A stretch of 64,000 nt of DNA from an uncultured Planctomycetales bacterium (GCA_964428315.1 CAYRXT010000010.1:3523-67522), one strand, 5' to 3'; shown: positions 28,223 to 38,537, counted from the first letter of the stretch. Notes: generated by a model not told the origin, from the letters alone. Made by a program: numbers and translations.

Positions 28223-29856
28223 TCAACGCATTTTATCTCATGCTCGCGGTCATTTTGACCTTCATCCTGGCCTACCGTTCGTACATCAGGAAGATCGAGA
28301 ACATCTGGCAGATCGATCCGGAAAGGCCGACGCCGGCGGCCACGCGGTTCGACGGCGTCGATTTCCTCCCGGCCAAAAACTGGCTGGTGCTCTTCGGTCA
28401 TCACTTTTCATCGATCGCCGGGGCGGGCCCGATCATCGGACCGGTCATCGCCTGCTATCTCTGGGGTTGGGGACCGTCGCTTTTGTGGGTTGTCCTGGGC
28501 TCCATCTTCCTGGGATGCATCCATGATTTCGGATCCCTGATCATCTCGGTGAGAGAGGAGGGGATTACCATCGGCGAGATCGCCTCGCGCTCCATCTCGC
28601 GCAAGGCCAAGCTGATCCTTTCGGTCTTCACGTGGCTGGCCCTGATCCTGGTGATCGCCGTCTTCGCTTACCTGGGGGCCAAGACCCTCGTGACACAGCC
28701 CGAAATCGTCGTCCCCTCCTTGGGGATCATACCCCTGGCCGTCCTGGTTGGGCTGGGGCTCTACCGTTTCAAGTGGCCGGCGACGCCGGTCACCGCCGCC
28801 GGCTTGGTGCTTCTGGCCGGCCTTATCATCACAGGAAAATCATTTCCCGTCAAACTGCCGGGCGACAGCCAGACAGCCTGGATCATTGTCCTTTTTGTCT
28901 ACTGTTTTTTCGCGTCGATCACCCCCGTCAATATCCTTCTGCAGCCCCGGGACTATCTTTCCAGCTTTCTCCTTTTCGGCGGTCTTCTCGTCGGAATGAC
29001 GGGCATCGCGGTGAACCAGCCGGTTATGCCCGCCTCCAACGCGTTTATCCGGTTCGACAGCCCCGTCGGGCTATTGTGGCCCATGATGTTTATCACCATC
29101 GCCTGCGGCGCGAATTCCGGATTTCACTGCCTTATCTCTTCGGGGACGACATCCCGCCAGCTGCCCAACGAACGCTTTGCCAAAAGGATCGGCGCCGGCG
29201 GCATGCTTATGGAAGGCCTGCTTGCGGCGATGGTCATCGTGATCGTAATAGGGGGATTCAGCATGGACGCGTTCCACGCGCACATCAGCGGCAAGACCGA
29301 TCCGGTGACGATCTACGGAACGGGCTTCGGCAATATCACGCGCTCTTTTTTGGGACCCTGGGGCATGTTCTTCGCCCTGACCATCCTGAACGTCTTCATC
29401 CTGACGACCCTTGATTCCGCCACACGGATCACCCGTTACATCAGCGAGGAACTCTTCCGCATCAAGAACCGCTACCTGGCCACGCTGATTGTGATCGTGT
29501 TCAGCGCCTTCCTGGCCCTGGGCAAAGACAGCACCAATGTCCCTCTGTGGCAGAAAATCTGGCCGGCCTTCGGGGCCTCCAACCAGCTCGTGGCCGCCCT
29601 GGCCCTTCTGGTCATCACCAGCTGGCTGCTGAGCAAAGACAAACCGGTCCGTTACGCGCTGTTCCCTGCGCTGTTCATGCTCGTCACGTCGCTGACCGCG
29701 CTGATTTTTCAGTTGACAGCCTACTGGAAACATAGAGAATATACGTTAATTGTCATATCACTGATATTGGTCCTATCGGCCCTGGTCCTGGCTGGAGAAG
29801 TCATCCGGGCCTTTCGTAAAAAATTCCGCGAGCGGGGATGCAGGGCGTCCGCGTAA
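28219..29856 (+). CDS. cstA: Carbon starvation protein A family transporter
   Basis: GHHFSSIAGAGPIIGP, LLQPRDY, IACGANSGFH, FGASNQL. Confidence 0.93.
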   Translation: MINAFYLMLAVILTFILAYRSYIRKIENIWQIDPERPTPAATRFDGVDFLPAKNWLVLFGHHFSSIAGAGPIIGPVIACYLWGWGPSLLWVVLGSIFLGCIHDFGSLIISVREEGITIGEIASRSISRKAKLILSVFTWLALILVIAVFAYLGAKTLVTQPEIVVPSLGIIPLAVLVGLGLYRFKWPATPVTAAGLVLLAGLIITGKSFPVKLPGDSQTAWIIVLFVYCFFASITPVNILLQPRDYLSSFLLFGGLLVGMTGIAVNQPVMPASNAFIRFDSPVGLLWPMMFITIACGANSGFHCLISSGTTSRQLPNERFAKRIGAGGMLMEGLLAAMVIVIVIGGFSMDAFHAHISGKTDPVTIYGTGFGNITRSFLGPWGMFFALTILNVFILTTLDSATRITRYISEELFRIKNRYLATLIVIVFSAFLALGKDSTNVPLWQKIWPAFGASNQLVAALALLVITSWLLSKDKPVRYALFPALFMLVTSLTALIFQLTAYWKHREYTLIVISLILVLSALVLAGEVIRAFRKKFRERGCRASA

Positions 29857-29899
29857 ACCTGCTTAAACAGGAACCTCTTTAAGGAGGAAGACAAATTTT

Positions 29900-31123
29900 A
29901 TGGCAGGAAAAAAGATCGTGGTGATGAAATTCGGCGGATCGTCTGTCGAGAATACCGACAGGATCAAGGCCGTCGCCCGCCGCGTGGCCGGCAAAAAAAA
30001 CGCGCGCACCGATGTGGTGGTGGTCGTCTCCGCGCTGGGAGACACCACCGACGAACTGGAGGGCCTGGCCTTCAACATTACAAAGACACCTCCGGAGAGA
30101 GAAATGGACATGCTGATGTCCACGGGAGAACAGATCTCCTGCGCGCTTCTGGCCATGGCCGTCAAAAAGCTCGGTTATAAGGCCGTCTCGTTCACCGGCG
30201 CGCAGGTCGGCATCAGGACCGACAAGGAACACACCAGGGCCCGAATCGAGACGGTGGAATCCAGGACCATCCAGCAGGCCCTGCGCAGGGGCAAGATCGT
30301 CATCGTCGCAGGTTTCCAGGGCGTCACCGGGCGCGGGGAGATCACGACCCTGGGCCGGGGCGGATCAGACCTCACCGCCGTGGCCCTGGCCAAGACCCTG
30401 AAGGCGGACGTCTGCGAGATTTACACGGACGTCAAAGGCATCTATTCTACGGATCCGCGGATCGTGCCGGAGGCCAGGAAGATCAAGGTCATCACGTTTG
30501 ACGAGATGCTGGAGATGGCCTCTCTCGGCGCACAGGTCATGCAGGCCAGGTCCATCGAAGTCGCCAAACGTTTCAACATACCGATCCATGTGCGGTCGAG
30601 TTTTTCCAAGGAGGAAGGGACCATGATCATCAAGGAAACGAAAAAGCTTGAAGACATCGCGGTCCGTGGGGTGACCGCGAACAAATCCGAGGCCAAGATC
30701 ACCATCCGCAACGTCCCCGACAAGAAAGGGGTGGCCGCCAGGATTTTCAACGCCGTGTCCAAAGAAGGCATTAACGTCGACATCATCGTCCAGAACGTCA
30801 GCCATACCAAACAGACGGACATCTCGTTCACCGTCCCCAAACGGGACCTGGCCAAGGCCCTGCGCACGACCCGGGCCATCGCCAAAAAGGTGGGATGCGG
30901 AGACATCCTTTTCGACGACAAAATCGCCAGGATCTCCATCGTCGGATCGGGGATGCGTTCCCATTCAGGCATCGCGGCCAAGATGTTCCAGGTTCTGGCG
31001 GACAACAAGATCAACATCGAAATGATCTCCACATCCGAAATCAGCATCTCGTGCATCATCGCCCTGGACGCCGCCGCCAAGGCGCTTAAGTCCCTGCACA
31101 AAAGGTTCGGGCTGGATAAATAG
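29900..31123 (+). CDS. lysC: Aspartate kinase
   Basis: KFGGSSV, TTLGRGGSD, two ACT domains, ISTSEI. Confidence 0.96.
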   Translation: MAGKKIVVMKFGGSSVENTDRIKAVARRVAGKKNARTDVVVVVSALGDTTDELEGLAFNITKTPPEREMDMLMSTGEQISCALLAMAVKKLGYKAVSFTGAQVGIRTDKEHTRARIETVESRTIQQALRRGKIVIVAGFQGVTGRGEITTLGRGGSDLTAVALAKTLKADVCEIYTDVKGIYSTDPRIVPEARKIKVITFDEMLEMASLGAQVMQARSIEVAKRFNIPIHVRSSFSKEEGTMIIKETKKLEDIAVRGVTANKSEAKITIRNVPDKKGVAARIFNAVSKEGINVDIIVQNVSHTKQTDISFTVPKRDLAKALRTTRAIAKKVGCGDILFDDKIARISIVGSGMRSHSGIAAKMFQVLADNKINIEMISTSEISISCIIALDAAAKALKSLHKRFGLDK

Positions 31124-31187
31124 AATCCTTATCCTTTATCCCCTTAGAAGCGGACACGGGCGGATCAGGAGGGAAAGGACACACGTC

Positions 31188-32759
31188 ATGAAGATCACGA
31201 TTTACGATACGACACTGCGGGACGGCGCTCAGACCGAAGGCGTATCCTACACGGTGAGCGACAAACTCAAGATCAGCGAAAAGCTCGACGATCTTGGCGT
31301 ACATTATATCGAAGGCGGATGGCCCGGCTCCAACCCCAAGGACCGCGATTTTTTTGCCGCCGTCAAAAGGCATAAATTCAGGCACGCGAAGGTCGCGGCC
31401 TTCGGGGCGACGCGGCGCAAAAGCGTCAAGGCCCACCAGGACGCGAACCTGCGCGAACTCGTCCGCTCGGGGGCGTCCGTCATCACCATTTTCGGGAAAA
31501 GCTGGGACCTCCACGTCACCGATATCCTCAAGACGACCCTCGATGAAAACATCAGGATGATCGGAGATTCGGTCCGCTTCCTCAAAAAGAAAAAGAGGAC
31601 GGTCTTCTACGACGCGGAGCATTTTTTCGACGGCTTCAAGCAGAATCCCGACTACGCCCTGAAGACCATCCTCGCCGCGCAGGAGGCGGGGGCCGACGCC
31701 GTCATCCTCTGCGACACCAACGGCGGCAGCCTGCCGGGAGAGGTCCACCGCGCCGTCTCCGAGGTCAAGACGCGGGTACGCGTTCCCCTGGGCATCCACA
31801 CGCACAACGACCTAGAAATGGGGGTGGCCAACGCACTCGCCGCCGTCGACGCGGGCTGTTCGCAGGTCCAGGGGACCTTCTGCGGACTCGGGGAACGCTG
31901 CGGCAACGCGAACCTGGGAACCCTGATCGGCATCCTTCACACCAAACTGCGCTATGAGACTATCCCGCGGGACAACATCAAAAAACTGATGTCAACCTGC
32001 TATTTTATCAGCGAGATCAGCAATTACAAGATCCAGGACAATCAGGCCTTCGTCGGGCATTCCGCCTTCGCCCATAAGGGCGGGGTGCATATCGACGCCA
32101 TGCTCAAGAACCCCAGGGCCTACGAACACATGGACCCCGCCGTTGTCGGCAATCACCGCCGTTTCATCACCTCCGAACTCGCCGGCAAGATGCCCATCAT
32201 CATGAAGGCCAAGGCCATGAAACTCGAGCTGGACAAGAAATCCCCCCGGTCCAGACGCATCCTCAGACTGCTGCAGGACAAGGAGAACCTGGGCTACCAG
32301 TTTGAAGCGGCCGACGCCTCGTTCGAACTGTTCATGAAACGGGAACTGAACAAATACAAGGAGTTCTTCAAGCTGGACCGTTTCAAGGTCGTGGTCGAAA
32401 AACGTTACGACGGCAAGGTCTTCGCGGAAACCTCCATGCGACTGGTGGTACAGGGCAAAGACGAGTTCTCCGCCACCGAAGGCGACGGTCCGGTGGACGC
32501 GCTGAACAAGGCCCTGTGCGCGACCCTGATCAAATATTACCCCAACATCAGTACCGTACGTCTTTCCGATTTCAAGGTCCGCGTCCTGGACACCAAGGCC
32601 GGCACCGCCGCCAAGGTGCGCGTCCTCATCGAATCCCAGGACGACACGGACGCCTGGACCACCGTAGGCGTGCATGAGAACATCATCGAGGCGAGCTGGG
32701 AGGCCCTGGTGGATTCCATCGAGTACAAACTTCTCAAGGATAAAGAAAAGAAACCATGA
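31188..32759 (+). CDS. cimA: Citramalate synthase
   Basis: DTTLRDGAQ, IEGGWPGSNPKD, DAEHFFDG, AFAHKGGVH, VRVLIES. Confidence 0.9.
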   Translation: MKITIYDTTLRDGAQTEGVSYTVSDKLKISEKLDDLGVHYIEGGWPGSNPKDRDFFAAVKRHKFRHAKVAAFGATRRKSVKAHQDANLRELVRSGASVITIFGKSWDLHVTDILKTTLDENIRMIGDSVRFLKKKKRTVFYDAEHFFDGFKQNPDYALKTILAAQEAGADAVILCDTNGGSLPGEVHRAVSEVKTRVRVPLGIHTHNDLEMGVANALAAVDAGCSQVQGTFCGLGERCGNANLGTLIGILHTKLRYETIPRDNIKKLMSTCYFISEISNYKIQDNQAFVGHSAFAHKGGVHIDAMLKNPRAYEHMDPAVVGNHRRFITSELAGKMPIIMKAKAMKLELDKKSPRSRRILRLLQDKENLGYQFEAADASFELFMKRELNKYKEFFKLDRFKVVVEKRYDGKVFAETSMRLVVQGKDEFSATEGDGPVDALNKALCATLIKYYPNISTVRLSDFKVRVLDTKAGTAAKVRVLIESQDDTDAWTTVGVHENIIEASWEALVDSIEYKLLKDKEKKP

Positions 32760-32772
32760 CCTTTGGCCTCTC

Positions 32773-35409
32773 ATGATCGATTTACCGTCCCGCTACAACT
32801 CCCGCGAAACAGAGGACAAATGGACACGGCACTGGAAGGAGCGCAACGTCTTCCACGCCGATCCCGATCCCCGCCGCGAATCGTTTACCATCGTCATCCC
32901 GCCGCCCAATATCACGGGAATCCTCCACATGGGGCACGCCTTCAACAACACCCTGCAGGACATCCTCATCCGTTTCAGGCGCATGCAGGGATTTTCGGCG
33001 CTGTGGATGCCCGGCACCGACCACGCCGGCATCGCCACCCAGAACGTCGTCGAAAAACAGCTGGCCAAGGAAGGCAAGGACCGCCAGACGATCGGCCGCG
33101 AGGGGATGCTCGAAAGACTCTGGAACTGGAAAAAAGAATACGGTGACACCATCATCCGCCAGCTGGAAAAGCTGGGGGCGTCCTGCGACTGGCCGAGGAC
33201 GCGCTTCACCATGGACGAGCATTACAGCCGCTGCGTCCGCCTCGTGTTCGTGAAACTATTTGAAAAGGGCCTGATCTACCGGGGCCAGTACATCATCAAC
33301 TGGTGTCCGCGCTGCCAGACGGCCCTTTCAGACGAAGAGGCGGAGCACAAAGAGACGAAGGGGACCCTCTACTATATTCGTTACCCCCTCAAAGACAATC
33401 CCGGGGCCTTTGTCACGGTGGCCACCACGCGCCCGGAGACCATGCTCGGCGACACGGCCGTGGCCGTGAATCCCGCGGACCGGCGTTACGCCCCGCTCGT
33501 CGGCCAAACGCTCGTTCTCCCGCTGTTGAACAGGAAGATCCCGGTCATCAGCGACGAGTTCGTCGACCCCCAGTTCGGGACCGGCGCCGTCAAGGTCACC
33601 CCGGCGCATGACCCCAACGATTTCGAGATGGGCCGCCGGCATGACCTTCCTTTCATCAACATCATGAATCCCGACGCGGCACTCAATGAGAACGCCGGAC
33701 CTTTCGCCGGACAGGACCGTTTCGCCGGACGCAAGGCCGTCCTCCGGGCCCTTAAAGAGGCGGGTTTACTCGAAAAGACGGAAGACCATCACCACGCCGT
33801 GGGACACTGCTATCGATGCCACACTATGGTCGAACCCTATCTGTCCCGCCAGTGGTTCGTGAAGATGAAGCCTCTGGCCGAACCGGCGATCCGGGCAGTA
33901 CGGGAAGGGGAGATCGTCTTTCATCCGGAACGCTGGACCAAGGTCTACCTGAACTGGATGGAAAACATCCGCGACTGGTGCATCTCGCGCCAGATCTGGT
34001 GGGGCCACCGCATCCCGGTCTGGTATTGTCCGCAGTGCCCGGAAGAGAAGGGCCTTATCACCTCGGTCGAAGACCCGTCGGCGTGCCCTCACTGCGGTTC
34101 CGGAGACCTGCGACAGGACGAGGACGTCCTGGACACCTGGTTTTCGTCCTGGCTGTGGCCCTTTGCCACGCTCCACTGGCCGGAGGCGACCGCCGAAATG
34201 AAATGCTTCTATCCGACCTCGGTCCTGGTGACTGCCTCGGAGATTATCTTTTTCTGGGTCGCCCGCATGATCATGGCCGGTTTTGAGTTCACCGGACAAA
34301 AACCCTTCCGTGACGTCCTGATCCATGGGACTGTGCGCGACGCCAAGGGGCTGAAGATGAGCAAATCGCTCGGCAACACGATCGACCCTCTGGAAATCAT
34401 CAATGATTACGGGGCCGACGCCCTGCGCTTCAGTCTGATCATCAATTCCGGCCAGGACCTTTACATCTCAAAGGAAAAATTCGAAACAGGGCGCAACTTC
34501 GCCAACAAGATATGGAACGCCTCGCGGCTGATATTTTTGAACATCAACGGGCAGGATATCCCCGCCCCCGAAGAGATGATCCTGGACGCCCGCCGGCTCG
34601 ACCTTCCCACGCGGTGGATCCTCTCGCGCCTCCAGAGGTGTTCACACGATATCACCGAGGCCCTGGAGAAATTCCGGTTTTCCGAGGCCGAAACGCTCAT
34701 CTACGATTTCTTCTGGAAAAACTTCTGCGACTGGTACCTGGAGGTCATCAAGGACCGGTGGGAGGATAAGGACATCCGGAAGGCCGTTATCGTCGTCCTG
34801 CGGCAGGCCCTTTTATTACTGCATCCTTTCATGCCCTACGTTACGGAAGAACTCTGGCACAAGCTCTATCCTCAAAGCGGTTCGATAGCGCTCTGCCGCT
34901 GGCCGCGTCCGGAAACGGGCCTTGTCGACGAAAAGGCCGAGAACGACATGCAGGGTGTCATGGACGTTACCGGCGCCATCCGGAACCTTCGGTCCCAATG
35001 GAACATCGCGGCGAAGGCCGATATCGACGCCTTCATCGACTGCCCCGCCGAAAAAGAGACCGCTGTCCTGCGGGACAACCGGACGATCATCGCGTCGATG
35101 GCCAAATTGAAGAATCTCGAGATCGGCAAAGACCTGGAAAAACCAGCGGAATCGGCGACATCCCTGGCCGGTCCGATCAAGGTCTACGTGCCGCTCTCGC
35201 GCGTCATCGATATCGGAACCGAAAAAAGACGTCTTTCCTGCCAGATCGACGATCAGGAAAGTCTGATCCGGGACCTGTCCGCACGCCTGAAAAACAAGAA
35301 GTTTCTCGAAAAGGCCCCGGCGGACGTCGTCAGCAAGGAAAAAGACCGTCTTCAGGCCTCGGAATATCAGCTTTCGGAGCTCAAAAAGGTCCTGGAAGGA
35401 TTGAGCTAA
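32773..35409 (+). CDS. valS: Valine--tRNA ligase
   Basis: PPPNITG.LHMGH, DWCISRQ, DVLDTWFSS, KMSKS, C-terminal coiled coil. Confidence 0.98.
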   Translation: MIDLPSRYNSRETEDKWTRHWKERNVFHADPDPRRESFTIVIPPPNITGILHMGHAFNNTLQDILIRFRRMQGFSALWMPGTDHAGIATQNVVEKQLAKEGKDRQTIGREGMLERLWNWKKEYGDTIIRQLEKLGASCDWPRTRFTMDEHYSRCVRLVFVKLFEKGLIYRGQYIINWCPRCQTALSDEEAEHKETKGTLYYIRYPLKDNPGAFVTVATTRPETMLGDTAVAVNPADRRYAPLVGQTLVLPLLNRKIPVISDEFVDPQFGTGAVKVTPAHDPNDFEMGRRHDLPFINIMNPDAALNENAGPFAGQDRFAGRKAVLRALKEAGLLEKTEDHHHAVGHCYRCHTMVEPYLSRQWFVKMKPLAEPAIRAVREGEIVFHPERWTKVYLNWMENIRDWCISRQIWWGHRIPVWYCPQCPEEKGLITSVEDPSACPHCGSGDLRQDEDVLDTWFSSWLWPFATLHWPEATAEMKCFYPTSVLVTASEIIFFWVARMIMAGFEFTGQKPFRDVLIHGTVRDAKGLKMSKSLGNTIDPLEIINDYGADALRFSLIINSGQDLYISKEKFETGRNFANKIWNASRLIFLNINGQDIPAPEEMILDARRLDLPTRWILSRLQRCSHDITEALEKFRFSEAETLIYDFFWKNFCDWYLEVIKDRWEDKDIRKAVIVVLRQALLLLHPFMPYVTEELWHKLYPQSGSIALCRWPRPETGLVDEKAENDMQGVMDVTGAIRNLRSQWNIAAKADIDAFIDCPAEKETAVLRDNRTIIASMAKLKNLEIGKDLEKPAESATSLAGPIKVYVPLSRVIDIGTEKRRLSCQIDDQESLIRDLSARLKNKKFLEKAPADVVSKEKDRLQASEYQLSELKKVLEGLS

Positions 35410-35453
35410 TATTATCAAAAAGCTTATATTTTTCCGATAGAGAAAATTTGTTG

Positions 35454-35462
35454 TGTTATACT
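35454..35462 (+). promoter_or_regulatory. Extended -10 promoter candidate for the riboswitch leader
   Basis: TG-T-TATACT about 27 nt upstream of the aptamer; no clear -35. Confidence 0.45.
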
Positions 35463-35488
35463 TTAAATAGAGTAAAAAATAACTATAA

Positions 35489-35617
35489 TCAATAATCAAA
35501 AGGCAAACTGTTTGAAAAAACAGGGCATCCCGCAAGGGATTAGGGCTTCGCGCCCTAGCAAAGCCACAGGTCTTCATCCGCGCAGTTAGGGCAAAGACAG
35601 CTGGGTTGCATTATTGA
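35489..35617 (+). ncRNA. c-di-GMP-I (GEMM-I) riboswitch aptamer, variant with a 31-nt insertion
   Basis: P1 TCAATAAT/ATTATTGA; GGCAAA; P2 CTGTTT-GAAA-AAACAG; GGC..GCAAA; P3 GCCACAGGTCT...AGACAGCTGGGTT; then GC. Confidence 0.85.
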
Positions 35618-35637
35618 AAGATAATGTTCATACCCGT

Positions 35638-35663
35638 ACCTGTCACCTGCTGGCAGGTTTTTT
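35638..35663 (+). terminator. Intrinsic terminator (riboswitch expression platform)
   Basis: ACCTGTCA-CCTGC-TGGCAGGT stem followed by a T run, directly before the pilin ORF. Confidence 0.75.
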
Positions 35664-35666
35664 GTT

Positions 35667-36071
35667 ATGTTGAGACTGGAAAGAAAAAGAAGGGCGTTGA
35701 ATAAAGGGTTGACCCTGGCCGAGCTGATGATCACGGTGTTTATCCTCACGGTGGGTATCCTGAGCGCGATGGTCTTTTATATCAACGCCATGCGCGCCAC
35801 CGAATACGCCGGTGACATCACTGAGGCCACCTCGCACGCGGAATACGTCCTGGAGGAAATGTACACGCAGCCGTCGCTGGCAAACATCACCGCGATGAAC
35901 TGGGTGAACTGGGTCATCCCCGTGAAATCTCTGCCGGCGGAACAGATCAGCGTCTCGTTCGTCAACGCCCTGACCGATCCGATGGATGTGACGGTCAACG
36001 TGATCTGGACGAGGCATCAACGGCAGAGCTCCGTGACATTAAGGACACAGATGACCAACAGTCTCAAGTGA
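35667..36071 (+). CDS. Prepilin-type protein (PilV/GspI-like minor pilin)
   Basis: KG|LTLAE class III signal plus hydrophobic helix; start may be TTG 35697. Confidence 0.85.
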   Translation: MLRLERKRRALNKGLTLAELMITVFILTVGILSAMVFYINAMRATEYAGDITEATSHAEYVLEEMYTQPSLANITAMNWVNWVIPVKSLPAEQISVSFVNALTDPMDVTVNVIWTRHQRQSSVTLRTQMTNSLK

Positions 36072-36087
36072 GCAATAAAGGAGCGCG

Positions 36088-36585
36088 ATGAACTATAAGG
36101 GTAAAAACCGCAGGGCCGTTTCGGGCATGACACTGGTCGAGATGCTTGTCTCTATCGTGATCTTTGCCTTCATGGCCGCAACGCTTTACACGGGATTCCT
36201 CGCGGCACAGACGACATGGCAGGTGTACAAGGGCAACATCCGCACCCAGCGGGAGGCCCGCAAGGCCCTGATCCAGATATCCCGTGAACTGCGCGAGGCC
36301 CAGAGCGTCGCCATTGTGAAGACGACCGGGACGGTCACGCTGAGTTTTGGCCGTCCGGATCACGGCACCGTCACCTACCTGTGGTCGGATTCCGGCGATA
36401 ACGCCGATCAAATCCGGCGCATCGAAGAGGTCGTTCCGAAGATCGTCGCGAACAATATTTCCTTCTGCGACTTCACGGATCTCACGGGATCCGTCTTGAT
36501 CGAACTAACCGCGCGGGACGATACCCAAAGCGGGGAGACGATCTATTATAACCTAAAAGAGAAGATCGCCCTGCGCCAGGATTAA
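36088..36585 (+). CDS. Prepilin-type protein (PilW/GspJ-like)
   Basis: SG|MTLVE motif; ISRELREA. Confidence 0.85.
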   Translation: MNYKGKNRRAVSGMTLVEMLVSIVIFAFMAATLYTGFLAAQTTWQVYKGNIRTQREARKALIQISRELREAQSVAIVKTTGTVTLSFGRPDHGTVTYLWSDSGDNADQIRRIEEVVPKIVANNISFCDFTDLTGSVLIELTARDDTQSGETIYYNLKEKIALRQD

Positions 36586-36619
36586 CAGGTATCCTCTGTT
36601 CGGGAAGGAGGGGGGAGAG

Positions 36620-37858
36620 ATGTTCCAAAAACTCAAGACACAAAAGGGAGCCGCCTTAATCACCGCGTATTTCGTCATCACCAGCCTCATCACGCTGGGC
36701 ACAGGGTTCGCCATGATGTCCATCAACGAACTGAACAACGCGCGCCGGTACCGGGATTCCGCCGAGGCGTTCTGGACCGCCGAGGCGGGCATCAACCAGT
36801 TCGTTCACGATACCACCATGCTCGATGACACCGGCAGCGACACGATAACCCTGGGGTCGCACTCGGCGACCATCTCCAAGGACGACAGCGATCCCCAACA
36901 GCGCGTCGTCACGGCCGTCTCCGTAGTCGGCGGACAGACCCGGACCGTCCAGGTCTCCTTTCCCAAAAATCCGCCCGGCATTTTCAGCAACACTCTTTCG
37001 GGAGGCCTGAATTTTCACACAATCGGGGCGAGTCTTCGGTCATCCTACCTCAATATATACGGAAAGATGCGTTTCGCGGGCATTTATGACGACGACGCCT
37101 TTAACCTGGTCGAGAATTTTCAGGATCCTGCCTACAGTCAACCCTCCGGCGAAGTCACCCTGACATATCCCGATGCCGACGGGGACGGGACCGCCCATGA
37201 ATTCGATGATTTTGTCGCCTACAACCGCGCCCTCGTGGACTCGTATCCCGAAGATGAAACCCTCCATATCATACCGGAAACTGACGAGGATGTCGTTTAT
37301 ATCTATCCCAACAGCACCTACAAGGATGAGCCTATCGCCGGCAAAAAGATCGTCTTTGTCGATGACGCCGAAGGTGAAGGGGATGTAGAGATCATCTTCG
37401 GCGCCGGCTGGCAGGATCATGAGGATCTGACGGTCATAACGACCGGGTCGGTAAGTTATTTTCAACCCCTGGAGAACGCGGTCAATGATTCCAATCTCAA
37501 TGTTATTGCCTGGGACGATTACAGTCAGGCATCTCTTTTGGTAAGCTACCATAACGGCGTCATATTCGCCAACGACCAGGCCTTTTTCACCGAAGTCCTC
37601 AGCGAGTCCGAAAATACCGGAGTCGTCATCGCCAACGGACTGCGACCCAATGACGCGGATAACGTCTGCATCACGCCCTGGAACTGCTACGACCCGGACG
37701 AAAGCGCCATCCATTTCACGGAATTCCTGCAGACGACCAAGGACTTTTATTACGCGAATCCCATCGAAGGCAGTCAAGTCCCCTTCGGTTTTGAAGGTCT
37801 TATCAGCGCCGGAGGAAGTGGCTACTCGTCCACACCCAACTCATGGAAGGAGTTGTAA
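36620..37858 (+). CDS. PilX/GspK-like minor pilin with a large acidic C-terminal domain
   Basis: KG|AALIT (no Glu5), AFWTAEAGI motif. Confidence 0.8.
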   Translation: MFQKLKTQKGAALITAYFVITSLITLGTGFAMMSINELNNARRYRDSAEAFWTAEAGINQFVHDTTMLDDTGSDTITLGSHSATISKDDSDPQQRVVTAVSVVGGQTRTVQVSFPKNPPGIFSNTLSGGLNFHTIGASLRSSYLNIYGKMRFAGIYDDDAFNLVENFQDPAYSQPSGEVTLTYPDADGDGTAHEFDDFVAYNRALVDSYPEDETLHIIPETDEDVVYIYPNSTYKDEPIAGKKIVFVDDAEGEGDVEIIFGAGWQDHEDLTVITTGSVSYFQPLENAVNDSNLNVIAWDDYSQASLLVSYHNGVIFANDQAFFTEVLSESENTGVVIANGLRPNDADNVCITPWNCYDPDESAIHFTEFLQTTKDFYYANPIEGSQVPFGFEGLISAGGSGYSSTPNSWKEL

Positions 37859-37861
37859 TCG

Positions 37862-38359
37862 ATGCCAACCAGAAAGATCGCACTCTTTGTCCTGTTTTTA
37901 TTCATGCTGGTCATTATCAGCAACGTCATCCTGACCCGCCTCACCGATACGAAGCCCGCAACCTCGCCTCTCGATCGAGAGAAAAAAACCCCTGTTTACG
38001 CCGTCCGCGAGAAAACGGCTTCACAGCAGACGACGACAGAGGACCGGTTCAACGTCCGTTCAAAGGCGGACATCCCCCGAACACAAGGACAATGGGATGC
38101 CTTTATGGCAGAGGTGGTTGAACGTTCAGGCATGATGGAAAACAATGAATTGCAGAAAAAGCTTAAAGAAAAAATTGGGGGGCCGGAAAACCAACAGCAC
38201 TCTGAAAAGATTGTCCTCGAACGCATCGACACCTATGAGAGAATGCTCATCGAAGACCCGAGCAATCAGGCTGTTGAGGACCGATTGCAGAAACTTTACC
38301 GTATGCGCGCCCTACAGAAAATATTTCATGGACATACCCCATCTCCCGTTTCCCAATAA
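37862..38359 (+). CDS. Hypothetical membrane-anchored protein
   Basis: N-terminal TM helix; starts 3 nt after the previous stop. Confidence 0.65.
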   Translation: MPTRKIALFVLFLFMLVIISNVILTRLTDTKPATSPLDREKKTPVYAVREKTASQQTTTEDRFNVRSKADIPRTQGQWDAFMAEVVERSGMMENNELQKKLKEKIGGPENQQHSEKIVLERIDTYERMLIEDPSNQAVEDRLQKLYRMRALQKIFHGHTPSPVSQ

Positions 38360-38455
38360 TCTTGTGTTAAAGACTGTTTCTCCGGCCCTTGGCTCCCTCA
38401 GTCTCCCTTATAGCCAAAGAGAATTCTTTCATCCTTGGGACAATCAGAATTTGTC

Positions 38456-38484
38456 TTGAATCCATCAGGCGTGTTTATTATAAT
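38456..38484 (+). promoter_or_regulatory. sigma70-like promoter of nadC
   Basis: TTGAAT-17 bp-TATAAT. Confidence 0.6.
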
Positions 38485-38537
38485 CTTTTAGATTCAAAGC
38501 GCGTAACTCTCCAGGCCACCAACGGTTCGGATTATTT

